Shown: piece by piece, positions 51,880-64,000 of the stretch | How the letters are laid out: each line of letters starts with the position of its first letter | Numbering within the stretch: position 1 is the first letter of the stretch | Assembly (NCBI RefSeq): GCF_006345805.1 | Contig: NC_043008.1 | Span: 26,536,001-26,600,000, forward strand | Source: Octopus sinensis | Lineage: Eukaryota | Length of the DNA stretch: 64,000 nt | Direction: 5' to 3' | The notes under the pieces: generated by a model | Seen by the model: only the letters and a program-made list of their open reading frames with translations | Told to the model about the DNA's origin: nothing | Databases searched by the model: none | Program-made: the position numbers and the translations under genes

Positions 51880-52870
51880 GTTTAATATCCGTTTTCCATA
51901 CTTGCATGGGTTGGATGGTTCAACTGGGGTCTGGGAAACCAGGAGGCTGCCCCAGGCTGCAGTCTGATCTATTTGTGTTTCTACAGCTGGATGCCCTTCC
52001 TAACACCAACCACTCCGAGAGTGTAGTGGGTGCTTTTTTATGTGCCACCAGCCCAGGGGCCAGAAGGGGCTGGCATTGACTATGATTCAATGGTGCTTTT
52101 TACGTGCCACTAGCATGGGAGCTAGTCTAGGCATCGCTGGCATCAGCCACGTTCAGATGGTGCCTTTTACATGCCACCAGCACAGGGACCACAACTACAA
52201 TTTCCATTTGATTGTGATTTGATTTGATTTTGATTTTGATGTACTTGACTCAATAGGTCTCCTCAAGCATGGCATGTTGCCCTACGATCCAAGGTAATTT
52301 TTGAGTAGGATGGTTATGTGACACTGGTGTAGGTTACAGCTGTGAACTCATTTTATTTGCCAGGTCTTCTCAGTCACAGCATATCTCCAGAGGTCTCGGT
52401 CTTTCATTATCTGTGAGGCCCAACGTTCGAAGGTCACACTTCACCACGTCATCCCAGGTCTTCCTGGATCTCCCTCTACCCTGGATTCCTCCCATTGTTT
52501 GGGAGTGGCACTTCATACAGCTCTCCTCATCCATCACTCTGAGCAAGAGACCCTTTGTCACCAGTAGGAGTAGAAGCTTTCTGACCTTTGTCTAGGCTAT
52601 TCTTATTCTAGTGGTAACACTCTATGAGCATCCACCACCCCCACTACAGACTAGGTAGTGGAAGCTATCAACTACTTCTAGTTTCTCCCCCAGGAGTGTA
52701 ATGGAATCTGTTTTCTGAGTATCAATGGTGTCTATTGCCCCTGTGAATCTGCCGCACACGAAAGCTATCTTCTCGCTTAATTTTCCTTTGATGATGCTGC
52801 ACCTCTTATGTGTCCATAGCTTACACTGGGTACATCTTATGGAGTTTCTACCTACACCATTTCTACTGAT
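51880..52870 (-). mobile_element. RTE LINE 3' part (RT C-terminus, UTR, tail)
   Basis: GVGRNSIRCTQCKLWTHKRC, LEVVDSFHYL, GRGRSRKTWDDVV..DL, shared tail. Confidence 0.9.
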
Positions 52871-52887
52871 CGAGCAGGGCCACATGC

Positions 52888-53285
52888 AGGCATGGCTGTG
52901 TGGTAAGAAGCTTGCTCCCCAACCACATGGTTCTCGTTCAGCCTCACTGCATGACACCTTAGGAAAGTGTCTTCTACTAAAACCTCAGACTGACCAAAGC
53001 CTTGTGAGGGAATTTGGTAGAAAGAAGCCCGTCGTATATAATATATATATATATATGTGTGTGTGTGCGTGTTCGTGTTGTCACCCCCCCCCCGCCAATC
53101 GCTTGACAACTGATGTTAATGTGTTTATGTCCTCATAGCTTAATGGTTCAGTAAAAGAGACTGATAGAATAAGTACCAGGTTTACAAAGACTAAGTCAAC
53201 GGGTCAATTTCTTTGACTAAAAGACAGTGCTCTAGCATGGCCACAGTCAAATGACTGAAACAAGTAAAAGAATAAAAGAAAAGAA
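52888..53285 (+). mobile_element. SINE family A, full length
   Basis: tRNA-like head through (GTAAAAGAA) tail. Confidence 0.88.
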
Positions 53286-53654
53286 TACAATAATACTTTA
53301 AATTTTGACATTGATTTTATTTATTAATTTATTTTTGTCCATTGTTCTTGTTTTGAGAAGAAGCCCGACTTCAAGCAACTTCTAACAGATCAATTTTTAG
53401 ACACTATCTTTTAAACCAGGTGTTATGCGAGTCTGGTGTAGGTTACAGGAGATGCATATTTTGATTTTGCACCCACCAAAAGTTTTAGGGAGTGCTAGTG
53501 CACCACCTGCACCCCTGTTCCTGTAGCTTAAAATACCAAAACATGAACGACATTGTAATGTTGAAAACATGAAAAAATATACATAAAATATTTAATGGTA
53601 TTATAAGCAATAATAGTGTAAAATACCATACAGTAACATTGGTAAATCAAGTAT

Positions 53655-53688
53655 ATTGAAATACACAGAAACTGAAAGAAGCCTGTTG

Positions 53689-53773
<85 letters not shown>

Positions 53774-53775
53774 GC

Positions 53776-53807
<32 letters not shown>

Positions 53808-53809
53808 GC

Positions 53810-53869
<60 letters not shown>

Positions 53870-54075
53870 TGTGTATCTGTGTTTGTTCCTCCACCATTGT
53901 TTGACAACCGATGTTGGTGTGTTTACATCCCTGTAATGTAGCAGTTCAGCAAAAGACTAATAGAATAGGTACTAGGCTTACAAAGAATAAGTCCTAGGGT
54001 TGATTTGTTTGAGCAAAGGTTATACTCCAGCATGGTCACACTCAAATGATTGAAACAAGTAAAAGAAAAAAGAAA
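53655..54075 (+). mobile_element. SINE family A 3' part with expanded internal (TA)n-CACATGCA minisatellite
   Basis: Homology to 52888-53285. Confidence 0.85.
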
Positions 54076-54129
54076 ATATGAATCAATCCCTAAAAAATGC
54101 TGATTGTATAATATTTCATGTGGTGAGTG

Positions 54130-54900
54130 TTCCAACATAGTCATCTGCCATCATATGTTTGTCCCTTTTGCATTGATACCTGTACTCCAGTACTCTTAAA
54201 GCCTAATGAAACTTCTTTGCTCTTCAGTGAAATCTCTGGAAATCTGTCCAGTGGCCAGACTGGAAAACTAGAATCTATGATGAGTTTATAAGTATGAAAT
54301 CTTAGAAAATATTCTTCTTTTTAGTTTTTCAATTCTCAAGTCCAGAAATGATCTGCAAATGTACTTGAGGCCATCACGGTCATCATTCAAAACTTAATCT
54401 TTTGCATCATCAGTTTAAATTTGATATGAAGTGGAAGGAGAAAGATGTTTTCTCTTTGCACTAATGGTTTGTTAATGATGTTCACTGTTCCTACAACAAA
54501 TGTCTCCTTCAAGGCCATGTCACAGTTTGACAATGATTTCACTTTGCTTTGCTGCTCCATGAAACAAGGGTATTTTGTGTAACCACTTTGCTATCCAAGC
54601 AAGAGATTCACTATCCTTTGATCAAAGCAAGCAGAATTTTGATACTCATGATAGTAGAATTTCAGCAAGACAGTTTTGATATTTTTATATTAAGTTGAAT
54701 TGAATGAGCAATGGCAAAAATAGCAAGTTGTCCCCATTAAGTAATAAAATACATTTCAAGATTCTAGTAGAGCTGTCTATAAAATGCCAGCAATCTTGTG
54801 GTGAATAGTCTGGTAGTCCCATTTAGAGAAAATGTCCTTGGTTGTTATTGCAGTAGACAAGGAAGAAAGTTATATAATTCTTACAGGGAGTTTATAGATT
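54130..54900 (-). mobile_element. Chapaev3-like transposase relic
   Basis: LLG*QSGYTKYPCF, NKPLV..LPLHIK, RYQ..DKHMMAD motifs. Confidence 0.65.
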
Positions 54901-55985
54901 AAAAGGCATTCTTGTTTTTTCATTTATTTTTTTATATCATTATAGATCGTTAATTGATCTATGCTTCATATGTCAGAAAATATGTTAGTAAAATTCATTG
55001 CTTCTGTGATATTATCAAATATGGCATATCCAGCTGTGCATCCCTAACTTGTGGAGTTACAGAGTTTGATAGTATTATGACCTCAGAACTAACTTAATTC
55101 CAAACTCGAATTTTAATCTGATTTGCAAAAGTCTGTGTGTGTCATGTTGAGCAATATGATATATTTTGAGAAGAATCTATTACTTCCAAAACTAGAGCCA
55201 ATTTGGTAAGACCTATGTCGTTTTTAGAGTCAGCAACTTCAAATTACCATGAATTAATTGGAATATTTCTGACAATATTCCTATTTTTTAATTTTCTATT
55301 TATTTATTTATTTTTCTAACCTGTGTAATTTGCAGAGCTATTAAAATTGTACTCTGTTAGTTTGATATTGCTTAAAGGCAAATTGATAAGTTAATCTGTC
55401 CAATACATATTCTGCAAATTATAAATCTATTGATTAATTGCTAATTGTCTTATGTTCATGACTTTTAGAGTTAATATTTCAATCAAGTAGACATTCTTGT
55501 ATTAGATTATGTTAACTGATTCTGATCCACAGTTCTTAATGAAATCCTCATTAATTATATTCATGCTAAATAATTATTCTTATGCCATGCCTACATAGAT
55601 AAAGCTACTTGCTTACATGCAAAACCCTTCTTTAATTTGCTTTAATTTATTGCTTTATTTTCAATTCCTCTATCTATTTTCACTTTAGTCTTTACTCTTC
55701 CTTCCCTTTTCTACCACATTTTGATTTGAAGTATATCTTCACTATATTGTTATTCTTGGGTATAGTCATATTTTGCTAATTAAACACACACATACTATAT
55801 ATTTAGTCTTTTTTCACCTTTATTATGGTTATTTTAGTTTCTTTGTCAAAGTTCTTTTGTCATACATCCTGTGACCTCATCAGCAACTCTCTATCTTTCG
55901 GGTTTCCTCTTGTTCTGCTTATTCTATTTTGTCTTTCTGTGATATGTATTTTCTTTCTCATTCTGCACATGAATTTGTGCTTGTA

Positions 55986-56089
<104 letters not shown>

Positions 56090-56419
56090 GGGCTTGCTTA
56101 CTACACTGTTTGTACTTGTTTTATTTATTTATTAATTTTCTTTTCCAATTATTCCCATGTATAAGACTATACAATTTACTCTCAAATCCTCTTTTCTCAG
56201 TTGCTGCTTCTCTTCACAATACTTATACCACAAACGGCACCCAACTGACATTCAATCCCTACTTCATTAACTCACTAACACTTTTTCCTTTCAAGTTAAA
56301 TCTATCTTCATTTTTGTATTTGGTTTGCAAGATTCTTGATGAGAATTCATGTATTGAAACAAATTTTGTTCTGTCTTGGGTGAGTTGTTATGCCAATAGT
56401 AATAACACATGCATTGGTT

Positions 56420-57975
56420 TAATTCCACTCCTTTATTATTAGTCAATTGAATAAATATCCATTCAACTAGCTAATCGATCGACTGCTTAGCCTGTTGGTT
56501 AAGCAATCAATTGGTTTGCTTATCCATCAAAATTCTTTTGTTGTTTGCACCCTTCTCAGTGACTTGTGATCTCATAACTCATTTCGAAGGTTGCTTTCAT
56601 CTGTTTGAGAGCCAGTCCTATGTCTGTGTGCGTATGGATGCATGTATGTATAAGTGTGTGTAGTTCAGAAGAGTAGGTGAGGTGAAGAAGACATACACAA
56701 AAATAAGATGTAAGTTAGGACATTGCAACACCAGCAACAACACAAGCCTACAAAGCCAAAACAACCACAACACCTTCAACAGGAGCAGCAAATACAACGA
56801 CAGTGATAATGATGACACCAACGACAGCAGTAATAACAACAGTAAACATAACATACCCCCGCAGCAGCAATGATACCAATAACAATAGCAATGACTACAA
56901 CAACATCGTCCACACCATCAACAACAACAATATATGGATACCCAAAACCTCCACAACCACAATACCCACAACAAAACAATAGCAACAACAGTAACCACAA
57001 CAACAATACCCCTAACAGCAAACATATCACCAGTAACTACAGCAATAATTACGATAATTACACCAAGGGCACCCTGGAAACTGCCTTCCATAACCTCAAA
57101 GACAAGTCCTATGACATGACACAGATTTACCTTTTAACATAAGAGTAAGCATGCCACCACACACGGACAATGATACAGAGGCTAAATTTTCTTTTGCTAG
57201 ACGTAGACTTAAAGCCACTAGGAAGCATATTAAGATGGAGGTCTACCATCTTGGCCCAAAGGTTGCCAAAGGCCTACGAAAATTAAAACAGTGTGTTAGG
57301 AACTTGGAAATAGTGTGCCTCCCTACAGACATGTTAGGCAAAATATCACCAGAACTATCTCCAGATCATGCAACAACACATCAGTAATATGTGAGAGAAT
57401 ATGGAAAAATAGAGAAATTTCTTAATGCACACATGGGAAGGTAGGGTAACACAGATATTCACACTTAAACCTACCCTCTCCCCCTACTCCTTGCTCCCCA
57501 CAGGAAAGAACTACACCCTAAACACACCCCACACCTCACACCATAAACTCAAAGACAAAAGCGTGAACCCTGAAAGAGGTTACGGATGGCTAGTGCACAC
57601 ACACACACAAACACACATACAAGTAGTCACAAGGGAGTACACACAACCATATACACACATGCACACACACACATATGTACGTACACAAACAAAACTGTCG
57701 TCTATCTTCACCTTCACCCATCTTCTAAACTACACACACATACAAGCATCCGTATGCACACACATAGACACAGGACTGGGTCTCAGACAGACGAAAACAG
57801 CCTTCAAAGTGAGTTGGAAGATCAGAAGTCAGTGAAAAGGTTGCAAACAGCAATGAAAGAACTTTGATAAACAAACGAACCCATTGACGTTTTAACCAAC
57901 ATGTTAAACAAACAATCGATTAGGTAGTTGCATAGATACTCAACCAATTGACTAATAATAAAGAAGTGGAGTTTG
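56420..57975. repeat. Inverted repeat pair (56420-56700 and 57700-57975) enclosing a CAA-rich, ORF1-like relic
   Basis: Arms align by eye at roughly 70-75% (ctccact..ttattattagtcaattg..gtgtgtagtt.agaaga..ggtgaag). Confidence 0.75.
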
Positions 57976-58233
57976 CTTCTTAGTTGCAGGCAAAACGTTA
58001 AAAAATATTGAGTAGTATCCAAAGATTGGTGTATTTGTATTAATATACACTTCTTATTAGGTTGGCACCAAGTCAGTCAAAATCTTGTGAGAGGATATAG
58101 CAGGGAGAAATTGTTTACCAAATACGTTAATAGATATCTATGTATGTATAGGTGTGTGGTGTGTTTAGAGAGAGAGAGAGAGAGAGTGAGTGAGTGCTGT
58201 ATATGCTGTATAAATATGTGGATAAATATATAT

Positions 58234-58637
58234 AAGTAATATTCAGAGCCACTTCTACATGGCTGTCTGTTTGAAGAGACGTTACTGCTATTTTTTAACC
58301 ACAAGAGGACATCTCCTCTTGCTGGTTAATGATGCACAGCAGCAACCAATAAATTATGAGCAGAGGAGTGAACTCCTATCACTTTCTAGTGATGGGACCA
58401 GCAAACCAGTCCTGGTTTCAAGCTATTTCTGCCATTCTTCAGTACTGGACACCTAGTCTGCTAGAGACATTTTAACTGCACTTTTTTGGTGGTAGGGGTT
58501 CACCCCCAGCTCACAATTTATTGGATGCAACTCTGCGTCATTAACCAGCAAGAGAAGATATCCACTTGGGGTTAAAAAAATCACAATAGAGTCTGTTTGA
58601 ACAGACAGCCATGTTGAAGTGGCTACGAATATTACTT
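58234..58637. mobile_element. MITE/fold-back element with about 150-bp TIRs
   Basis: aagtaatattcagagccacttctacatggctgtctg.. versus ..cagacagccatgttgaagtggctacgaatattactt; spacer about 105 bp; no TSD found. Confidence 0.85.
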
Positions 58638-60169
58638 GCCAGCATGGGAGACAGACATTAAAGGATGATGATGATATACAGACACGTATGTGTGTATGTG
58701 TTTATATCTTCTCTTAATATGGCATAAGGAAAGTAGTTAACAAACATCACCAACATACAAGCATTATCATTCGTCTGCAATCTTCCAGAAAGCATTTCGG
58801 GTCATTGTGCTATTCATATCTAAATGATTTGTGAGAAATCTCATCTAGCTTGGAAACAGTGTAGGGTGGTGACAGGATGAGCATCCAGTTGCAGAAAATC
58901 TGCATCAATAAAATTCATCTGATCGATTCAAGCATGAGAAAGTAAATGTTAGCAGCTGATGACCATGATGTGATGATGCTGATGATGAAGATTATGATGA
59001 CAGTCATGGTAAACTTCTCATTAATATGCATATGTTATGAACAACCTAAACATGTCTAAAAGGAAATTTTTATGGATATCCAGTGTTACAAACAATTTCC
59101 TTTTGAAGCAAGTGAGGAAAACTGCAACACAAATATGAATGCATTTGTGCACGAGTATTAAGCTATCTTCATCCCTATAAATGTATGACCATGAGTCTAA
59201 ATAGCTATATCATAATAATTTTATTGTTATTTTTCTTCTCCATGGTTCAATGTCAAATTATTACCTGAGTAGCTAGAACTGTCAGGATTATAAACAATTT
59301 CTTTTGTATCATATTTTATATAGATTCTTTCAATATTTTTAACTGATGTTTCAAACCTCTTCTTTCCATTTCTTGTCTATTTCTTAAATAATGATTGATT
59401 AAAACAGTTCACAACTCTCACTTGAAAAAAAAACATATTCTGTTATTAGAGAAGTGTCTTTACCACATGAGTGTTGACTGCAATTAGAAATGGTGCAGAG
59501 GAAAATAATTCACTGGCAAAGAAAGAAGCATAAGTAAAGTGAGAAATCAATTTTCAGTGATATTGTAACACTAATAACTGTCTGCTGTAACAGCATGAGG
59601 AAAATGTTATAGGGACAGAGTTAATCAATTCAATCAACCCCACGTACTTAACTTTGCATTAGATAATAATTGAATTCAATTTCTTCGTGATTTGAACTCA
59701 GTACTTTCAGGCAATTTATCATTCTGCTGTTTCTGCCTACCACTATTCTGACAAGACAAGAGTGACAGATTGAAAGAATTGTTAGTGTGTGAGATAAAAT
59801 GCTTGTGGTATTTATTCTTTGCATTTTGAGTTCAAATTATACTTAAGTCATTTGTTCCTAAATTGAGTTAATAAAATATCAGTCAAATATGGAGGAAAAC
59901 TTAATTTATAATCGTATGTATAAGGCTTACAAGGTTCACTGAAGCGCAAATCTTCACTCAACCATAGGGCACCATGAACAAATAAAATGACACATCATTT
60001 GGAATACACTGACGTCACACCAAAAGTATTTATCTCTGTATTTCACACACAAGACAAATGTATTCTATCACTCACTCATGCATAAGGCACATATACTCTC
60101 TAAAAGTATGTCTCATGCAAAGGGATGATGTTAAAATGTAAAAAAAGGGTCATATCAATAGTAATGATA

Positions 60170-60348
60170 GTAATTTCTAATATAGGCAAAAAAAACCAAA
60201 TTTTAGGGATGGAATGAGATGATTAAACCAGTCTCAGTTCTTGATTGTTACATTATTTTTATCAGCTCTAAAAGGATGAAATAGCAATGGTGATTTCAGT
60301 ATGGTTTGAACTCAGGATGTGGAGAGCTAGAATTCTGTTGATATACCC

Positions 60349-60404
<56 letters not shown>

Positions 60405-60840
60405 TAATCGGCTCTTCCATTAAAGGTGACATATGAGTGTTCATCTTTTTGCCAAACAACCTGCACAAAAGATTTGTTTATAGTGACCAAACGTATGTGC
60501 TGTACATTAGCTCACTCCCTCCATAAAATTAACATTGCTTGAATGGGTGTTTGGCATACCACACATCAATAAGTGTTGATCTTGGCGGAATTTGGATTCA
60601 GCATGTAAAGATAGATGAAATACCGCTAAGCCTTTCGCCCAGCATGCTAATATAATAATAAGTTTGGCACAAAGCCAGCAATTTTGAGAGCAGAGTGAAA
60701 ACTGAGTTCATTGACTACAGCACTAGATTGGTACATTTTTATGAACCTCAAAAGAATGAGGGACAAAATTTGTCCGACATGGAGTTTGTAGTCAATGTCT
60801 TGTATGTTAACAATTCTGCCAGTTCACCACCCTAATAATA
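60170..60840 (-). mobile_element. Cluster of SINE family B copies embedded in (AAT)n
   Basis: Three partial or full copies; (AAT)n at 60349-60405. Confidence 0.75.
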
Positions 60841-61575
60841 ATGATAATAATGATGAGGAGGAGGATAAGATTGTGCTGACAAGTTCTACCCACATCCTTA
60901 GAAAAACCCTACCAATTTAAATGTCTGTGTTGTATTACATAAAGATATATTGCTACTGACTCTCCTCCCCAAGCTTTCACTCATACTGTAACCTCTCTCA
61001 TCTGTCACTTGCCCAGGGATGCTGGCTGTGTCTCAGCAAGTGATTGTAATAAACATACAGGTTAAAAGTAAATAACAACAATAAAAATAATTATAAATAT
61101 TTTCTGTAGGTATAAATGATGGGCTACAATCAAATATTCTGCTTAACACCACAGATTTGCTTAATTAGTTGCTTGACCTTAACAAGTTGAGCGTGTCCCT
61201 TAGCAGCTGACAATATGTGCATCTCTGATCATGAGCAGAAGTAGTGGGAGGGCATCATAGCCATGTGTTGAGAGGAATTCTTTGGGGTTTGAATTATTCA
61301 TCTCTGGAAACATGGGTGTTTTGTTTCAACATTCTTAAACAACCTTTATTTAGGGACCTTTTGAGTGGGATGGGCTACTCAATCTGATAAAAATAATAAC
61401 TGGGACCACACCTGCAAAGTCAATCTCTGTTTACCTTGATATGAGATCACTATGTTGCACAGATATGGTTGTGATGCATGTGCCTGGTGTACCCTTATTA
61501 GACGGGTAGTCATGATGTGTATATTGGGCTTCGTATATTTGTATCCCAGTATCACTTTGATGGCATGCACTGCTC

Positions 61576-61583
61576 TCTCATTC

Positions 61584-61632
<49 letters not shown>

Positions 61633-61652
61633 TTAATAATAATAATAATAAT

Positions 61653-61695
<43 letters not shown>

Positions 61696-61710
61696 GTAAT
61701 AATATTAATA
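61576..61710. repeat. (AAT)n microsatellite
   Basis: Direct reading of the sequence. Confidence 0.98.
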
Positions 61711-62039
61711 ATTTATGAAAATTGGCACAATTCTTCACCATGGTAAATGAAAAGAGCATAACTGACTTTGTTTATTGATTAACTTCTTTATTGAAGTGAA
61801 CAATGTTTCAACAGTACCTCTCTTTTCTTCATATTCAAAATAGACAAGAACAAGGAAAAATACAAAATATGCAGAAAAGAAGAAATTCAAAATGTTCCTT
61901 CGTAGACAAACAAAATATCATCACATTCCCTTCATTTATACCTGATTAAAAGAAGAAAATGAGTTAGAAAAAGATTTTTGTTTTACATTGCTTTGTAAAT
62001 CTAATAACGAAATATTAGCACCAAGCAGTGTTTAGGCTT

Positions 62040-62445
62040 AATCAAAGTTTAGGTAAGTTAAAATATGTTTGTGACATATTTCAACAGGTAAAATTCACTG
62101 CAGTTACCATAGAGAAAATATTTCTCTTATGGTAAAAAGGTGTGAAAGCAACCTATTTGTTCAGTGTCACCATCTGTCAGGATTCCCAGACATAGATGTT
62201 TCAAGCTAGTTGGTTTTCATCAATTGGAAGTACCTAAGAGAGGCAACTCTGAACAAATCTTATAAAGCAGTAGCCTTATGTAAAATACAATGTTGACTGA
62301 CTTGCACTGGTAGAGTGTCCAATCATGAAAAATAACAAAATATTAACATCAAGCAATGTTAATATATAAGCAAAGTTTATGCTAGTTTGAATAAGTTTTT
62401 GACATATTTCAACTGCTAAAAGGCAATTTCACTGCAGTTATTTTG
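62040..62445 (+). repeat. Unclassified repeat with partial tandem restart (family of 24925-25515)
   Basis: gacatatttcaac..aaattcactgcagtta occurs at about 62070 and again at about 62400. Confidence 0.7.
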
Positions 62446-62784
62446 GGGGGTGGGGGAAGTTAATTACTTCAACCCTAGTGCTTAACTGGTACTTATTTCA
62501 TCGACCTAAAAAAGGATGAAAGACAAAGTTACCCCAGCAGAATTTGAACTCAGAACATAAAGACAGATGAAATGCTGCTAAACATTTTGTCTAGGATACT
62601 TATGATTCTGCCAGCTCCCTGTATAAATAATAATAATAGTTACAAATTTTGCAACAGGTGCAAAATTATAACCCCAGAGTTCAGCTGGTACATCAACCTC
62701 AGTGTTCAGCTGGTACTTATTTTATCGACCATGCTAAAAATTTCATTGAACTCAACTGAGATCTGTCAATGCAATGCTGTAGGC

Positions 62785-63008
62785 TTCTTGATCCAGTACC
62801 ATTGAACTTCGTCATATCCAGGAGCCTTCCAATTAGGAATCTTGCAGCACGGCATCTTGACCATCTTTTCTGTGATACTAACTTTGTCTTGGAACCTACC
62901 TGTTGACTCTTGTTTCAGTTCACTAAGCTAATCTGCATCGAGTTTATGTGCCTATCCACAAGTCACTCCAAAATCTCTTATTTTCCTCTGCATTGAAGAG
63001 ACTAATTA
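62785..63008 (-). mobile_element. R4/Dong LINE fragment (pre-RT region), inverted
   Basis: EENKRFWSDLW, KIPNWKAPGYDEVQWYWIK. Confidence 0.75.
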
Positions 63009-63010
63009 TT

Positions 63011-64000
63011 AGTATCTTGGCATCCTGGAAACTGGCAGAATAAAAGGAAATGAGATGGAAAGGTTACACAAGAAAGAATAAATAAGACAATTGTCTTTAA
63101 TTCTCAAATCAAAATTAACTGCCATCAATATTTGGGCTGTATCAGTACTACAATAGGGAGAAAACAAGAGATAAACCAGATGGACCAAAAAACGAGGAAG
63201 AAAATGACAATGTATGGAGATTTACACCCTAAAAGTGATGTTCACAGGAAGGATATACTTACCATGAAAAGTTGGAGGAAGAGGTACAAAAGGCAGAAAA
63301 GATTGCTTGAAAAGTGAAGAAAATAGTCTTGGTTGGTATATTTGGAGCAACACAAAACCATTACTTAGGGGAGTTAAATTGGCTGGGATCACAGAAACAG
63401 AGTCATGCACTAACAAAGAGGAGTTAAAAAAAAATGAAATTGCAAAGACAAGATGATGCATGGACAGTTCCTAAGAGATATGGATAAAGACTCTAATTTT
63501 GGAAAGACGAAGGGGTGGAAGCTCTTAATTGTGCTGCTCAAGAACAAGCATTAAGAACTAGCTACATAAAATTCCAAATTGACAAAATAATTGAAAAACC
63601 TTTGTGCAAAATGTATGTGAAGTTCAGGGAAACCACAAACCACACTCTATATGAATGTAGCAGTTTGGCACAGTGAGAGTACAGGAGATGGCATGACAAT
63701 GTTGCTTGAATTGTACATTGAACTTTATGAAGGAAATACAACCTGGAATGAGCTGATAAGTGGTATGAACACCAGCCACTCACTGTAATGGAAAATGATA
63801 TGGTGAAAATGCTATGGAATTTCAATGCACAATGTGACAAGGTGATTGAGGTAAATTGACCTGATTTGATCCTGATTGACAAGGAAGAAAGACATTGCTG
63901 GATTATTGATATCGCTATCCCAGGAGGTATCCACGTAGTAGAGAAAGAGGACAAGGTAGATAGGTGCCAAGATTTGAAACATGAAAAAAGTGGTGGTTAT
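63011..64000 (+). mobile_element. R4/Dong LINE 3' region (runs off window)
   Basis: YLGILE, DQKTRKKMTMYGDLHPKSDV, CAAQEQAL, YEHQP, PDLILIDK..WIIDIAIPG. Confidence 0.88.

Noticed and set aside
61379-61759. Poly-Asn and poly-Leu ORFs (also poly-Ile at 26418 and 60268)
   Set aside because: Translations of (AAT)n microsatellites.

Overview
AT-rich, repeat-dominated eukaryotic DNA with no recognisable intact host gene, rRNA, true tRNA or CRISPR array. The SINE families and microsatellites resemble those of octopus, but that is recalled resemblance, not a database result. Most of the window is decayed mobile DNA: a Gypsy pol relic, RTE, L1/Tx1-like and R4/Dong LINE fragments, a Penelope-like RT, several mariner/Tc1/maT copies, two hAT elements (one complete, with an 8-bp TSD), two Chapaev3-like relics, a MITE, and many tRNA-derived SINEs of three families. 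The most striking signal is a perfect, spacer-less 318-bp palindrome (18243-18560). Each arm encodes an outward-facing minimal type I hammerhead ribozyme. An older, diverged palindrome of the same design lies at about 50481-50920, a solo hammerhead at about 26076-26133, and weaker relics near 55.8-56.4 kb. Together they suggest a family of non-autonomous fold-back ribozyme retroelements derived from Penelope-like terminal repeats. A few splice-site-bounded open segments may be exons of an unidentified host gene (low confidence). Boundaries of decayed repeats are approximate.
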